From Balanoglossus misakiensis (lineage: Eukaryota > Animalia > Hemichordata): a stretch of DNA of 64,000 nucleotides. How positions within the stretch are numbered: the stretch's first letter is position 1; each line of letters opens with the position of its first letter. Positions 25,985 to 37,406 of this stretch are shown in pieces. The stretch is taken from contig CM082577.2 in NCBI GenBank assembly GCA_040954595.2, positions 3,656,205-3,720,204 of the forward strand, written 5' to 3'. Both the position numbers and the translations under genes were made by a program. The notes under the pieces are model-generated. The model did no database searches. It was not told the origin of the DNA and saw only the letters and a list, made by a program, of their open reading frames with translations.

Positions 25985-28900
25985 CTACGCACTTCCTGTA
26001 TACTGCACTGTAAATTTGGTTGACAGTTCCATGGCTGCTTTAAAGCCTGTGTATGTTACTGGTTGTATGATGAAGTCAATTGATTGGACATTGGCATCTC
26101 CGCTGCGTGGAACCGGCAAATCACACACCCTGTACATTTCGACATGGGCAGAACCGATGAAGATCATGGCGGACTTGTCCATTTCACCGTTGCCATGGGG
26201 ATCTCTTGTCAGTCCCGTGCAGTAGACGTTGAAGTGAGACGCAAAGGATGCTGGGTATTTCCAGGAGAGGGTGGCGCTGAAAAGCACGGTGTCTGGGTCG
26301 GCGTCTTTTGGTGTATCGGTCGGGGTCCTTTTCCAATGGATGTCCGAGATTTGCATGTCGGCCACTTGGTGTAGGGTTTCCTTGATGGACCGAGGGTGGA
26401 CAATCTGCAAAGGGTACACACATGCATTTCCAGAGTCAGTTGCTTGCAGAGATTCTGACAATCGTTACTGGATTTCCGTTAAGATACACTGGAGGACCAT
26501 TTATCAAATAATCAATGAGTAAACACAATTCCGTTGCAATCTTAATGCTTCATACCTGAAGCCGGCCTAACTTCAGCGTGAAGTCTGCATGCTTTGCAAC
26601 AGATTCCAGCATTGGATTGATAAAACAGCACACCCCAATCTCTTCAATGTGACTATGGGTTTCAAATTCTGATGCTGGTAGTAGGAAGTATCTGCAAAAT
26701 ACGAACATTTTGGACAGAATCACAGGCAGATGCAAAATACTCGCCTGTTAATTCTCACAGTGCCTGTGCCAAGTAGTCAAATTTTCAATTCCACAATGCA
26801 AGGCATTCTAACCATGAGCTACATGCAGCCAGCCCCCTAGTTTTACCCAGGATAACCTCATCTTCATACGTTCATTGTCAGTGCATTACATATTGCAATT
26901 TATGTACCAAGTACATCACTGATGCATATAACATGATTATTGGCCTGCCAAGGTTACCTTGTGGTCCAGCCGACATCTTCATTGGTGACCTCTGACCCCT
27001 GACATGCTGCCTGCAGGGCGGCGGTGCTCTCGTTCGTCAGGGCAGAGTAGGAACTGCACTGTCCAGCCATCTTGTCGATACCGGGAACGGACAGATGATC
27101 GGACTTCTGTGAATAGTTGATCTCGTACTCTGACAGCGACGACTGAGCCAGCTCATCCCCTGGGGGTGGGGTGGGGGGAGGGGTGCAGAAAAGAATGCGT
27201 GTTAGAAAAGTTCTGGGTTGGTATTAATCCGAGACAATCACAGTTGATATAAAATGCAGCAGCACAGGATTCATACCTTTGTAAGTGTCAGCTAGGGCTA
27301 GGAGTTTTTTACCACCATTAAATTTGAAGTAGACACAGGCATCTCGACCAAAATCTGCGTCTGACAGCTTATAAGTATAGGAGACCAACAGAGGATGGTC
27401 AATTTCAATGTCTGTAGAGAATATTCTGCAACAGATTTATCATAATATTAATCTATCCGCTTGGAAAAAAAATAGGAAACCACTACAAATGTACCTCACC
27501 CCCAACCTTTACTAGCCAATGCCAATACTCACCTTGCGAGGGAGCCCTTCCCCTCAGAAATTTTCCCTCTCACTAACAGGCATCCCCCACCGTTATAAGC
27601 ATCATCTGAACAGTATTGCAGTGTAGTGTCATCATCAGACTGATTGCTGGGTTCTGTGGGCTGTATCTGCTGGCAGCTCAGGTTTCCCCATGGCTGATTT
27701 TTGACAACCTGTACAATTCATTTTATAAGGGATAAAACATGAGAGCAGATTGCCACATGCTTAAAAATTAAAATGTCTGGCGGCCACATTGGCTATGAAT
27801 GTGAATATGACATGCTCACCTTTCCATTTTGATAGTATTTGTCTCCGTAACCATGACAAAATGATGTGACCAAAGGAAGACTCCCGATACGATGTGGTGT
27901 GCAGAACAACAATGTCCAAAATCTTGAAGGAAAATAAAAAGGTTCACAGTAAAAAGAGTTATCATTCCTGAGAAACTCAAACATTGTATTTATGTTTTTG
28001 CACATATTGTGACGTTAAAAAACCACATTATATATAAACCTGGTTTTGGCAGGTAACTTCATACGTTGATATTTACCTGTCTTGATTTTCGATGAAATTC
28101 TTCCATCCCAGTTTCTCATAAACCCAGCCTGGGGCAAAGATAGCGGCTGATAACTTTTGATCACTGATAACTTTCATTGCCTGCAGGTTAATACAGATTA
28201 TGAGACTTTACAGCAACAAGCCAAACGTGAATACAGGTTACTATTTTAAAAGTAGTGCGTGATATCATGTAGTCTTATATGGTAACGCTTGGGTCATGAA
28301 TGTATGTTTCAGGTGTCCTCAGTAACATTGCCAGACGATAGCAGAACCACTGTACAGTAAGGGATTTTCATATCCAAGCCTTTTTTTGGTGGTGCCACAA
28401 CCAGACTTTACCTTGTTGGTGTTCCAGCCACCCCCTCCGTAGCAGTTCCTTCCAAACACATCCACTCCTACATAGACATCATACTGGCGCTTGCCAGACA
28501 ACAGAACTGAGTTCTTCAATTTCTCTTCATTCCAAGTGTAGTTCAGAAAGATACCATCACAAACGTCAAAAAACATTCTGGAAATCAAGAACAGTCCCTT
28601 TCAAATAAGTAGAAGTAAATTTTTATTGATAAGGATATTATTACATCACCGATGGGGGGTATATGGCGCCCCCCCCCCCAAAAAAAAAAGACACACCCGC
28701 AAACATTTCAGCAGAGGAAGGAGAGCACTAAGGAGCACTAGGAAAGCATCTTACCTGTTTTTATCATTGAGCTGGTCTTGCCATTTCAATGAGCCATCGT
28801 CAATGACACTGTCGTACCACAGTACTTGCGAGTGAGAAATGGCTTTGTGTAGTTCCTCTGTCAAGTATTTGACAAAACCATGCAAGTGTTTGACCTTGTC

Positions 28901-30342
28901 TGACTGTATGTGTGGGAATAAAAAGACATGCACTAGGTGTTGAAGAGTACCCACATTTTTTTAATGAAAGATTAATTAAATCCTGAATTCCTTAGAAAGT
29001 TTTTCACGCCTGGCCAAGTAAGAAAACACACACATGAATACAGAGATGCTGGATCAAGGTTACAGAAATGAAATTCTCTTTACCTCAATTTTATTTTCAA
29101 TATTGATGAGCCACCCGTCAAAGTTGTAGAATTTGGTAATCTCAACCAGTTGATCTGCGAGTGTTTTGTAAGACTTCTCATCTTCGAGAAACTCTTGGCA
29201 GCGTTTCAGGCCATCGTCCCACTCTGTTATAATGGTACCTGTGTATGCAAAAGGGTGGAGAGAAAATCACTGATTATCAACAAATGTCCCACCCTGGATC
29301 ATCTGGGAAAAATTTTGAGGAAATGAATCACTGAGTGATGTTATTCTGTTTCGTAACAAGTAGGTGAATGTACATATTGTACATGTAGGTGTTTTTATGG
29401 GTTTTAATAATTCAATTTTAATAAAGTAGACTGAAACATAGGGAATTTAAAATAGTAAAACGGACCCAACATTTTGACTCCATGTCTATGAGCAGCATTG
29501 GTCCATCCTGGTGGTGGTATCGTCACAAAATAATGACTGAAGTAGATGAACGTATCCAGATACTGCCAATGGTAGTGATGGTAGTAGGTTGATGTTTTGG
29601 CACCTTGCACAAATCTGCCAATCATACGTGAATATATAAGTGATTATGATAAATGTGACTGAATATTTTTAGCGATGTCCCATTAATTCTTTCTTTTTTG
29701 GGGAGAAATTGTGGTACATGTATTACAATGTACTCTTATTTGGAAAGATAGAGAGGGATTTCACTTTGGTCACACATAAGAAACAAACCTATCATCCAGG
29801 TATCCCCCCGCCATATCATGGCATAACAGTGTACGAGGCCTGGGTTTGTTACCATGGTTCCTACAGGAAAATGGATGCCTGGCGACATTAAACTTGTTGC
29901 CTGCATCCTGTTGCCATGACAACACATCATTCATAGTTTTGAGAGGTTGTGATATTGGTTCTGTGCTGTCGACTTCATAATTTACTCCTGAAAAAAAAAA
30001 ATTGGCGTGATATACACATGTACATACTAGACTGACATAGAGTGCCCATTATCACTAAGACAACAGCCAGCCCTGTCGCTGTGTGATGTATATTGGAATG
30101 TGGGATAGAGATAGCTTAAGTTCAGTAGCTCGAGGAAAGTGGACTGGTCAGTTTCTTTGGTCGGGGTGGATTCATGGGGGACTATCCACAAATAGTGTGA
30201 TATCCACGAAATAGAATACACCCCCCCCCCCCCCGCCGAAGAAACTGGCCAGTCCCTTCTATAGTGGGATGTGCGATATCACCGTGGACGTACCTAAATT
30301 TGGCACAGTATTACACAGTTCAACTTTCACGGGTTTTGACAT
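25985..30342 (-). CDS. ENGASE: Cytosolic endo-beta-N-acetylglucosaminidase (GH85), multi-exon
   Basis: RTLLCHDMAGGYLDDRF, FIYFSHYFVTIPPPGWTNAAHRHGV, FDGWLINIEN, WYDSVIDDGSLKWQDQLN, CDGIFLNYTW, VYVGVDVFGR and AIFAPGWVYE. The start codon at 30342 is inferred. Confidence 0.94.
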
Positions 30343-30555
30343 ATTGCAGGCCAAGCCTTCAGCAGTCACACACTAAGATAGCTGCTGCCGCTACCATCCA
30401 AACTACAAGCTTCGCAACCAGCTGTGAACTTTCTGTTTCGATTACTGTTTATTTGACCTCTGACACCAAATTAGTTTGTTTTAATATAGACCTTTCTTTC
30501 CTCCTGGCGCTGATTGCGCCCCGCCTCCTCTTGAACTTGCACAACAACAATCAGG
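30343..30555. promoter_or_regulatory. Probable bidirectional promoter region, ENGASE / NTAN1 (and possibly RO60)
   Basis: The two inferred ATGs diverge about 213 bp apart. A GC-box-like CCCCGCC and a CCAAT-like CTGATTG lie near 30510-30525. Confidence 0.55.
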
Positions 30556-33500
30556 ATGCCCGTATCTATAAGCGATCAGGCGCTACTGAAAATAGAATCT
30601 GTGACAGAATTCATCGAGAAATATCCACATTTCAAGGTAAGGACCGTGTGTACTTCTAAGACAAAGCAAGACTGGAGTGGAGTTTATTTCATGAAGAAAT
30701 TGATCAAGTTAAAGACTGCACCCAGGCCTCACGACTTCCGAAGTTATCCACCGCTACAAGTTACATGGTCTGAGCAGTGAGTCAGTGTAAAATTACATTC
30801 TATAAAATTTAACTACAAACTGATGAACGACGGATTGTTAATTGTTACTAGATCTGCTGACATGTTCAACAGTTTCGCCAACGTTGGCAAAAAACACCAT
30901 GATTGCATTCAGTGAGGTCAACCCCCCCCCTTCCGTGTTCTATTTTTAGATATGACATCATTGCTTAGTAAGCAAAAAGGACGTCTATATAAATTGCTTT
31001 CACTGACAAATTCCCTTTTACGCATCCTGTTGTCGTAGCGTACACTGCAGTGTTGGTTAACTGGTTATACATCCGCTTGACATACCGTACGTGACAGAGA
31101 TCTGACACGATGGCCCAGGCTTTGAGTGGTGTACTGCAATATGTCACTGGCTTCGGAAGGACGACGGAGTCGCTCGGGAATGAAACCGGTCAACGTGAAA
31201 TGGCAAGAGAAGACCAGGTGTTGAACAGTGCAGGGGGATACGTCTGGCAGGTGTCAGACATAAACAGACTGAGGAGGTTTCTGTGCCTTGGATCTGAGGG
31301 AGGCACTTTCTACATTGGCGAGAAGGAGCTGGGCAGACAGAATGCCGAGTGCATTCAACGAATGATTTCCAACGGCGAAGGGGAAAAGGTTGTTGAAGAA
31401 ATCAAAACTTTCAGCGTGGAAGGACGAGCGGCCAAACAGAATCCGATCATCTTCGCTCTGGCGATCTGCGCTAGAGATGACGACAAGAAGACCAAAAAGG
31501 CTGCCTACGGCGCCCTGAACGACATCTGCCGGATTCCGACACATCTGTTCACTTTCATCGAATTCTGCGAGAGCCTGAGCAGAGGCACTGGGTGGGGGAG
31601 AGCGCATCGCAATGCAGTCCGAAACTGGTACAAGAGGAAGAAGGGCAAACAGTTGGCTCTTGCGGTCACCAAGTACAGACAGCGCAATGGCTGGACACAC
31701 CGAGACGTTTTGAGACTCGCTCACATCAAGTCGAGGAAGAAATCGACAGCCGCGGTGTTCAAGTACATCATCAAGGGACTGAAAGAGGCCCAAGAAGAGT
31801 TCGGTCGGGTCTCCGAGTCCGATTCGGTTGCCGACAACGATTCTGAGGAGTCTGAAACGCAGGAGGTGTCACAGGTGTTGGAATTCCTGGGCGGAGTAGA
31901 AGAAGCAAGGATGGCCAAGGAGGCGAACAGAATGGTGGAGTTGATCGAGAAGCACAGACTCGTCAGAGAGCACATTCCGACCGAACTCTTGAGTTCACAA
32001 GAGGTGTGGAGAGCCCTCCTGCAGGACATGCCCATGACTGCCATGCTGAGAAACCTCGCCAAGATGACGGCTATCGAGCTGCTGGCTCCGGGCAGGCCAG
32101 AAGTCGACGTGGTCTGTCAGAGACTGAGAAACGACGAATTGCTGAGGAGGGCCCGAATCCACCCCTTCAACGTGCTGGTTGCGTTGAGGACGTACCAATC
32201 AGGTCACGGCGACAGAGGAAAACTGAAGTGGGCTCCAAATCGCATGATTACCGAAGCTTTAGACTTCGCTTTCTATGCATCGTTCAAGTTTGTGGAACCC
32301 ACTGGTAAACGTTTCATGTTGGGCATAGACGTCAGCGGGTCCATGAGTTCGCCAATCTTAGGCGCCAACAGCGTGACTGCGGCCTGCGGTGCTGCTGCCA
32401 TGGCGATGACCACGGCCAAGACGGAGGAGGATTATAAAGTGGTGGGTTTCTCGCACAAGCTGGTTCCCATCGATATCAACCCCAGCATGAGGCTTGATGA
32501 AGTCCTCAGCGTGGTCTGCCGGATTCCAATGGGCGCGACAGACTGCGCGCTTCCCATGATCCACGCCCTGCAGAAGAAGATCCCAATAGACGTGTTCATC
32601 GTGTACACCGACTGCGAGACCTGGTTCGGCAACGTGCACCCATTTCAAGCCCTGCGCGACTACCGCGCCAAAATGGGCATCGATGCCAAACTGATCGTCT
32701 GTGGGATGACGTCCACCGGCTTCACCATTGCCGATCCCAGCGATGCCGGAATGTTGGACATGGCAGGTTTTGATGCAGCAGCGCCGGAAGTCATTCGAAA
32801 CTTTGTCCTTGGTAATATCTAGAGACAGCATTTCAAATACTTTAGGAACTTATGGGATACTAATTGCCTCCAAACACAGACCCTTACACATACCCCTGAC
32901 AGTTGTATATAATATTGTATATAATTCATAGTTATCATTTTCTCAATATCATGCATTTTCCATTTAAATATTTTCCATTTCATATTTTTCAGTTTTCACG
33001 TGTGTTTTCATTTTTTTTCAAAACCAACAAGTTAGAGTGATTTTAGCTAGCATTCACCCAATTCATTGATGATACTTAATCATGTGTGTACATTATTTCA
33101 AGAAATGTAATTCTGTTGAATATGAGTCAATAAAACGTATGCCTTTTACTGTCACAAGTCTTTGTGTTTTTGTTTCTTTTTCTGAAAAAAAAAAGATTGC
33201 TGACTATAGAAAATATTCAGCCATGTTGCAGGGTAATTACCTCTTGTATCATTTACATTTCACAAAAGTTGAAGCCAATCCAAAAACTAAACAAAATATT
33301 TGCAGTAATTATTACCAAACAATGACTGGACACAAAGCAATTTTATCACTTTGACTATTAAGTCAGGGTTGAGATAACACAACCTGTTATGAACACATTT
33401 GTTTTGTTGGTTGTGGTTTTCAGGAGTCTGCTGCCAAGCTTACCAGTCAACCAAGGAGGGAGGTTGGTCCCCAAGGCCTGTTGTATGTTGGTCAGCGAGA

Positions 33501-36500
33501 ATTTGCTACAACCACACCAGAAGATGGTAGGTCTATGATTGCCGTGGTGACTAAGCACATCTCCCTCCCCAATGTAAAAGCGTCATATAAAAATTGAATA
33601 TAACATAATTATGATCTGTAAGATTCGGTAATGTAAAATATTTCATCAAAACATTTTATCAATTCAAATATTGTCTCTTTCTTTTCAGATTCAATTCAAG
33701 TCATGGGTGCTGAAGATGCAACAACCTGCCACTTGACAGTTCTAAGACACACGGGTATGATGCAGTAAATGTAAAGTAAAATAGTGATCATTAAACTTTT
33801 TACTCATTGACAGACATTTGATGTTTTCATATGTCATTTCTTGACAAGTACAGGATGCTGAAAGGAATTCCCCGTAGCAGATGTGAAAGTTATCGCGATC
33901 CACTGAATGTTGTCTTCATTGCTTCTACAGGAAGCGGAGCTGTGTGTCTTTCACACTGCGATGGTTCTAGTGTACCGGCTGGCATCAAGGAGATGATTGG
34001 AGAAGTTGTTCGTCTGTCCGAGGGTCAAGATGGCCGGTAAGCTCAGTAACATTCACACTGATTGGCTACTGAAGGAGAATGTTGAACTCCGGGGACCAAC
34101 CGTAGCGTGTGTGAAGTTTATCTGCCCTATTGTCTCGCCTTTTCTGTCTGTAGGTTGGAATTACATGTGGTTGGTGGTTTCCTTGACGATAGGAAAATCT
34201 CCGCAGGGTTATTTCTGGAAATCCTAAGTGAGTAATTTGATTCTCAGCTAGCTCAGACAGTGTTTCTGGTACAAAATATATTACAAAATTGCAGGACAAA
34301 ACTAATGATACGGTTTCCCTTTTTCTCTTGTTATAAACAGATTCATTTCATGAGTCTTCCGAAGAAATACATTTGCAGACTGCTTGTACAACAGGTAATA
34401 TGTCAGAAAATTTGATTATTATTTTAACATTTTTAATTCCTTTTACTCATTGAATGAAAATCAGACAAATGTCTGTCACCAGTTTGAAGACTGTCTCACA
34501 AAATACTCAAATTTATTTCCTGGGTTGTTTTGAAGGTTATGTTTACAAAAAGCAGTGTGCCATGAATCGGCAAGAGATCACTTGTTTGGCATAGAAGGGC
34601 AATTAATTCATCTCCTCAGCTATTGTGTTCATAGTTCCGTAATTTAGGCTGTACCATATAATACAACATTGTCAGTATAGACAGTGCTAGCTTAAATCAT
34701 CCTGATTTATGGCACATCACTTCTTATTTTCTCTTGGTTCTCTAGATTTGAATGATGTTGTGAAAAATGGCATCCATTGGCCAATAATCTACGGCATAGG
34801 TAAGTGTTTCACGACACCTGTGAAACATAATGTCTTGACTCAAACCCTTGATAAACAGGAAAACTGCCTTCACTGAACACAAAATGCATCTAAGAGAAAG
34901 CAAACTTTTGTTGATGTGAATTCAAAAATCTTGCAAGATGTTTTGTTGCCAGGAAATGATATCAGGTGTGTTTTGACTTCACAGGTGTGGATGTGAAGAC
35001 GGGTGAAATTTTCCCTGCGTATTTCCCGGAGAAAGGTCCTGATGATGTCGCTAGGGGAGCCAGAAACATGATTGGCAAAGATGCACGTGTAAGGATACCT
35101 CTCTTTCTGAATCTTTTGATCCAGAACTGGCATTGTCCTTGAGAAAATGACTCGTTTCTAATGGTTTATGATCAATTTCACATATTGAGTGCCTACAACC
35201 GACGTTTTGCATTTGTTGCAGATGGCAAGTATATACGATTTCAGAAATAGGCAGTTACGGATTGGTCCATTCCAGTATGCGCCGTGGCCCGATGCCAAGC
35301 TGTGGTTGTCACAGTCTGATGAGGTCATTCTTAATGTGAGTTTTCCAGTTACCGTGATGAGGTAGTGTAAGGGGTCATGGATAATTGAAATATGCACATT
35401 ACATATACAAACACTACTAATTATGTTTGATCTCAAAGTGCCTTCCTCCCTCTCTCCCTGTGTGACACCGTAGTGGGTCGGCTATTGTGAGGCAGTTCAT
35501 GCTATGAGTAGTACCAGTACAGGATGTTTGGGCCCATGTCAGACTGAGGACAGGGTATATCACATTCCTCCCTTTTGTTGTTCTATGGGTTGGCATTTTC
35601 AATGGTCTTAAGCTGCCACACATTTCAGAATGCTCACAGCCGATTGGATAAGGAATTTGCACACCAGGTGCGCATGCCAGGTGGCAACTGATAATTTCAT
35701 ATCCTGCAATATACTGCTGCAAGGGTGGCTGCGTCATTGCATGCTTATGTGATTCCATTGACTGTGGCTGGGATGGAACAGAGTGCATGCTGCCTTGGCC
35801 TGTGCCTTACTGCTTTAACTGCAATTGCCCTAACCCTTTCACCCCTATTTCCCTATTTAGAGGTCCAACCTTACCATAGAAAACAATGGGTTTGGACTGA
35901 ACCATGGTTGTGAAAGGGTTAACAGTGCTGTCTTTTAAGTTACTCAGCCTTGCATCTTGTCAACCTCTTTTGCTCAGGCTTTTTTCATATCTTAGCATGC
36001 TCAGATAGAATCACCTCTATGCTCAGTGCACTACTAGGTGTTTAAAAGAAACCTTAAATTAAACACAGGTGTTCTTACATGGCAGGTGCAGACTGCAATT
36101 TATTGCTTTCCTAATGTCGATATAAAAATCCTGAGATCTAATCTCAGGAACTCAACCTATTTTCCCTACAGTCTATATCAACATCCCCCAAAGTGGAGCC
36201 ACCGTATTATATGGCAAGAAAGAGAAGCTTCGTCAATTACTACATTGATAACCCCAATACCGCAATTTCTCTGTTTCCAAATGGCAAAGCAAGGTTGTAC
36301 AGAAAAGACAGCGCTGGCTTGTGGACAAAAATTGAGTAATGGCGGTGTGAGTAATTCAGAAGCCTTGCATGTTGAATGCTGAAGCAAAGTTTCTGTTTAT
36401 AGAATTAGAAGACTGTTGTTTTGGGGTGGCTCAAAGGCCTCTGGGTATTTAAAAGTGCAGTATGACATGTTTTAAAGAAACATGTTATTCTTTGTCTCTT

Positions 36501-36678
36501 CCCGCAGTGCATGTCAACGTCACCGAAAGTGGAGCCGCCGTATTTCGTGGAACACATGCGAGTTGTTCTCGGACACGTCATTGAAAAGCCCTCACCGACG
36601 ACAAGATTGTTTCCCGATGGCAAATCAAGACTTTATGCAAAAGACGGCAGTGGACTCTGGATCAAACTTGACTCGTGA
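30556..36678 (+). CDS. NTAN1: Protein N-terminal asparagine amidohydrolase; 9 common exons (30556-30636, 33424-33526 ... 35222-35335) plus two alternative last exons (36172-36339, 36508-36678)
   Basis: VGPQGLLYVGQRE, GAEDATTCHLTVLRHTG, CLSHCDG, LELHVVGGF, HWPIIYGIG, RIGPF and STSPKVEPP match vertebrate NTAN1. Introns are GT-AG and the junctions checked are in frame. Confidence 0.93.
31110..32822 (+). CDS. RO60: Ro60 Y-RNA-binding protein (TROVE + vWA), intronless, nested in NTAN1 intron 1
   Basis: 570-aa ORF with NSAGGYVWQVSDINRLRRFLCLGSEGGTFY, RIPTHLF, WGRA, TKYRQRNGWTHRDVLRLAH, RIHPF, MIDAS motif DVSGSM, YTDCET and GMLDMAGFD. Confidence 0.96.
   Translation: MAQALSGVLQYVTGFGRTTESLGNETGQREMAREDQVLNSAGGYVWQVSDINRLRRFLCLGSEGGTFYIGEKELGRQNAECIQRMISNGEGEKVVEEIKTFSVEGRAAKQNPIIFALAICARDDDKKTKKAAYGALNDICRIPTHLFTFIEFCESLSRGTGWGRAHRNAVRNWYKRKKGKQLALAVTKYRQRNGWTHRDVLRLAHIKSRKKSTAAVFKYIIKGLKEAQEEFGRVSESDSVADNDSEESETQEVSQVLEFLGGVEEARMAKEANRMVELIEKHRLVREHIPTELLSSQEVWRALLQDMPMTAMLRNLAKMTAIELLAPGRPEVDVVCQRLRNDELLRRARIHPFNVLVALRTYQSGHGDRGKLKWAPNRMITEALDFAFYASFKFVEPTGKRFMLGIDVSGSMSSPILGANSVTAACGAAAMAMTTAKTEEDYKVVGFSHKLVPIDINPSMRLDEVLSVVCRIPMGATDCALPMIHALQKKIPIDVFIVYTDCETWFGNVHPFQALRDYRAKMGIDAKLIVCGMTSTGFTIADPSDAGMLDMAGFDAAAPEVIRNFVLGNI
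35830..35922. mobile_element. 85-bp piggyBac-like MITE (copy 2, NTAN1 intron)
   Basis: CTAA|CCCTTTCAC...GTGAAAGGG|TTAA. Same family as 16000-16092, in the opposite orientation. Confidence 0.75.
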
Positions 36679-37406
36679 CACATGCCTCTTCTATGACCTC
36701 TCACTGGAAAACTCGCCGCACAGCAAAAACGATGCATAAACTAAGTAACAATTGAATGTTTTAATATATGTCTTTGGAGCCAAGCTCTTGTAAAATACTC
36801 TGGCTGGACAATACATGGATTTCATTGTAAAAACCAACGGCAGCAGCTGATAGCTATTGTGAACGTATGTACATTGCAAGTCCTGTAAATAAATAAAATC
36901 CAATGCAGCCAATACTGAATTTGAGGAATTGATTTTGTACAAAAATGTTACTTGTCTGATTGAGTGTGCTTGTGCTGAAGCAAGAGAACTGGTTAAAATG
37001 GATTACTGTGAATCTGTGATGTGTATTTACAGAGGAATGCTGTGATGAATAATTGTTAAAATAAGTTACTACTGTTTGGTTTAAAAAAAGTGGCTGAAAG
37101 AGAAAATGGTTTTGACATCGGTAGAGGAATTTGTTTTTAAAATTGTATTCCTTTTAGGGAGAGGCAAGTCTGAATAGCCTAGGGCTTTATTTCTACAAGG
37201 ATTTCCAAAAATCGGTCAAGTTCATATGAAAGTGAGTGTACTGACATGGATATAGTTGAGGCTGTCATGTTACATGTATAAGAAGCTGCAAGTTGGTCTA
37301 TGTACAGCTTGTAAGAAAAACAAATACATATCTGAAGGTGGCCCCAACCGTCTGACTTCATGATTTTCAAACGGTTCATGAGTTCACGCGGTCAAATACG
37401 CTGATC

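Noticed and set aside
31110-32822. RO60 as bacterial contamination or recent horizontal transfer
   Set aside because: The protein follows the animal Ro60 sequence closely and sits within a coherent host intron. Retroposition is the simpler explanation, though no phylogeny was run.
30640-33420. Y RNA gene next to RO60, as seen beside bacterial rsr
   Set aside because: Only a loose GGTCTGAGCAGTGAGT (~30766) is present. There is no complementary TTGAC stem plus oligo-T terminator within ~100 nt. An Infernal search would be needed to exclude it fully.
35357-35375. let-7-like TGAGGTAGT
   Set aside because: The match ends after 9 nt and there is no precursor hairpin.
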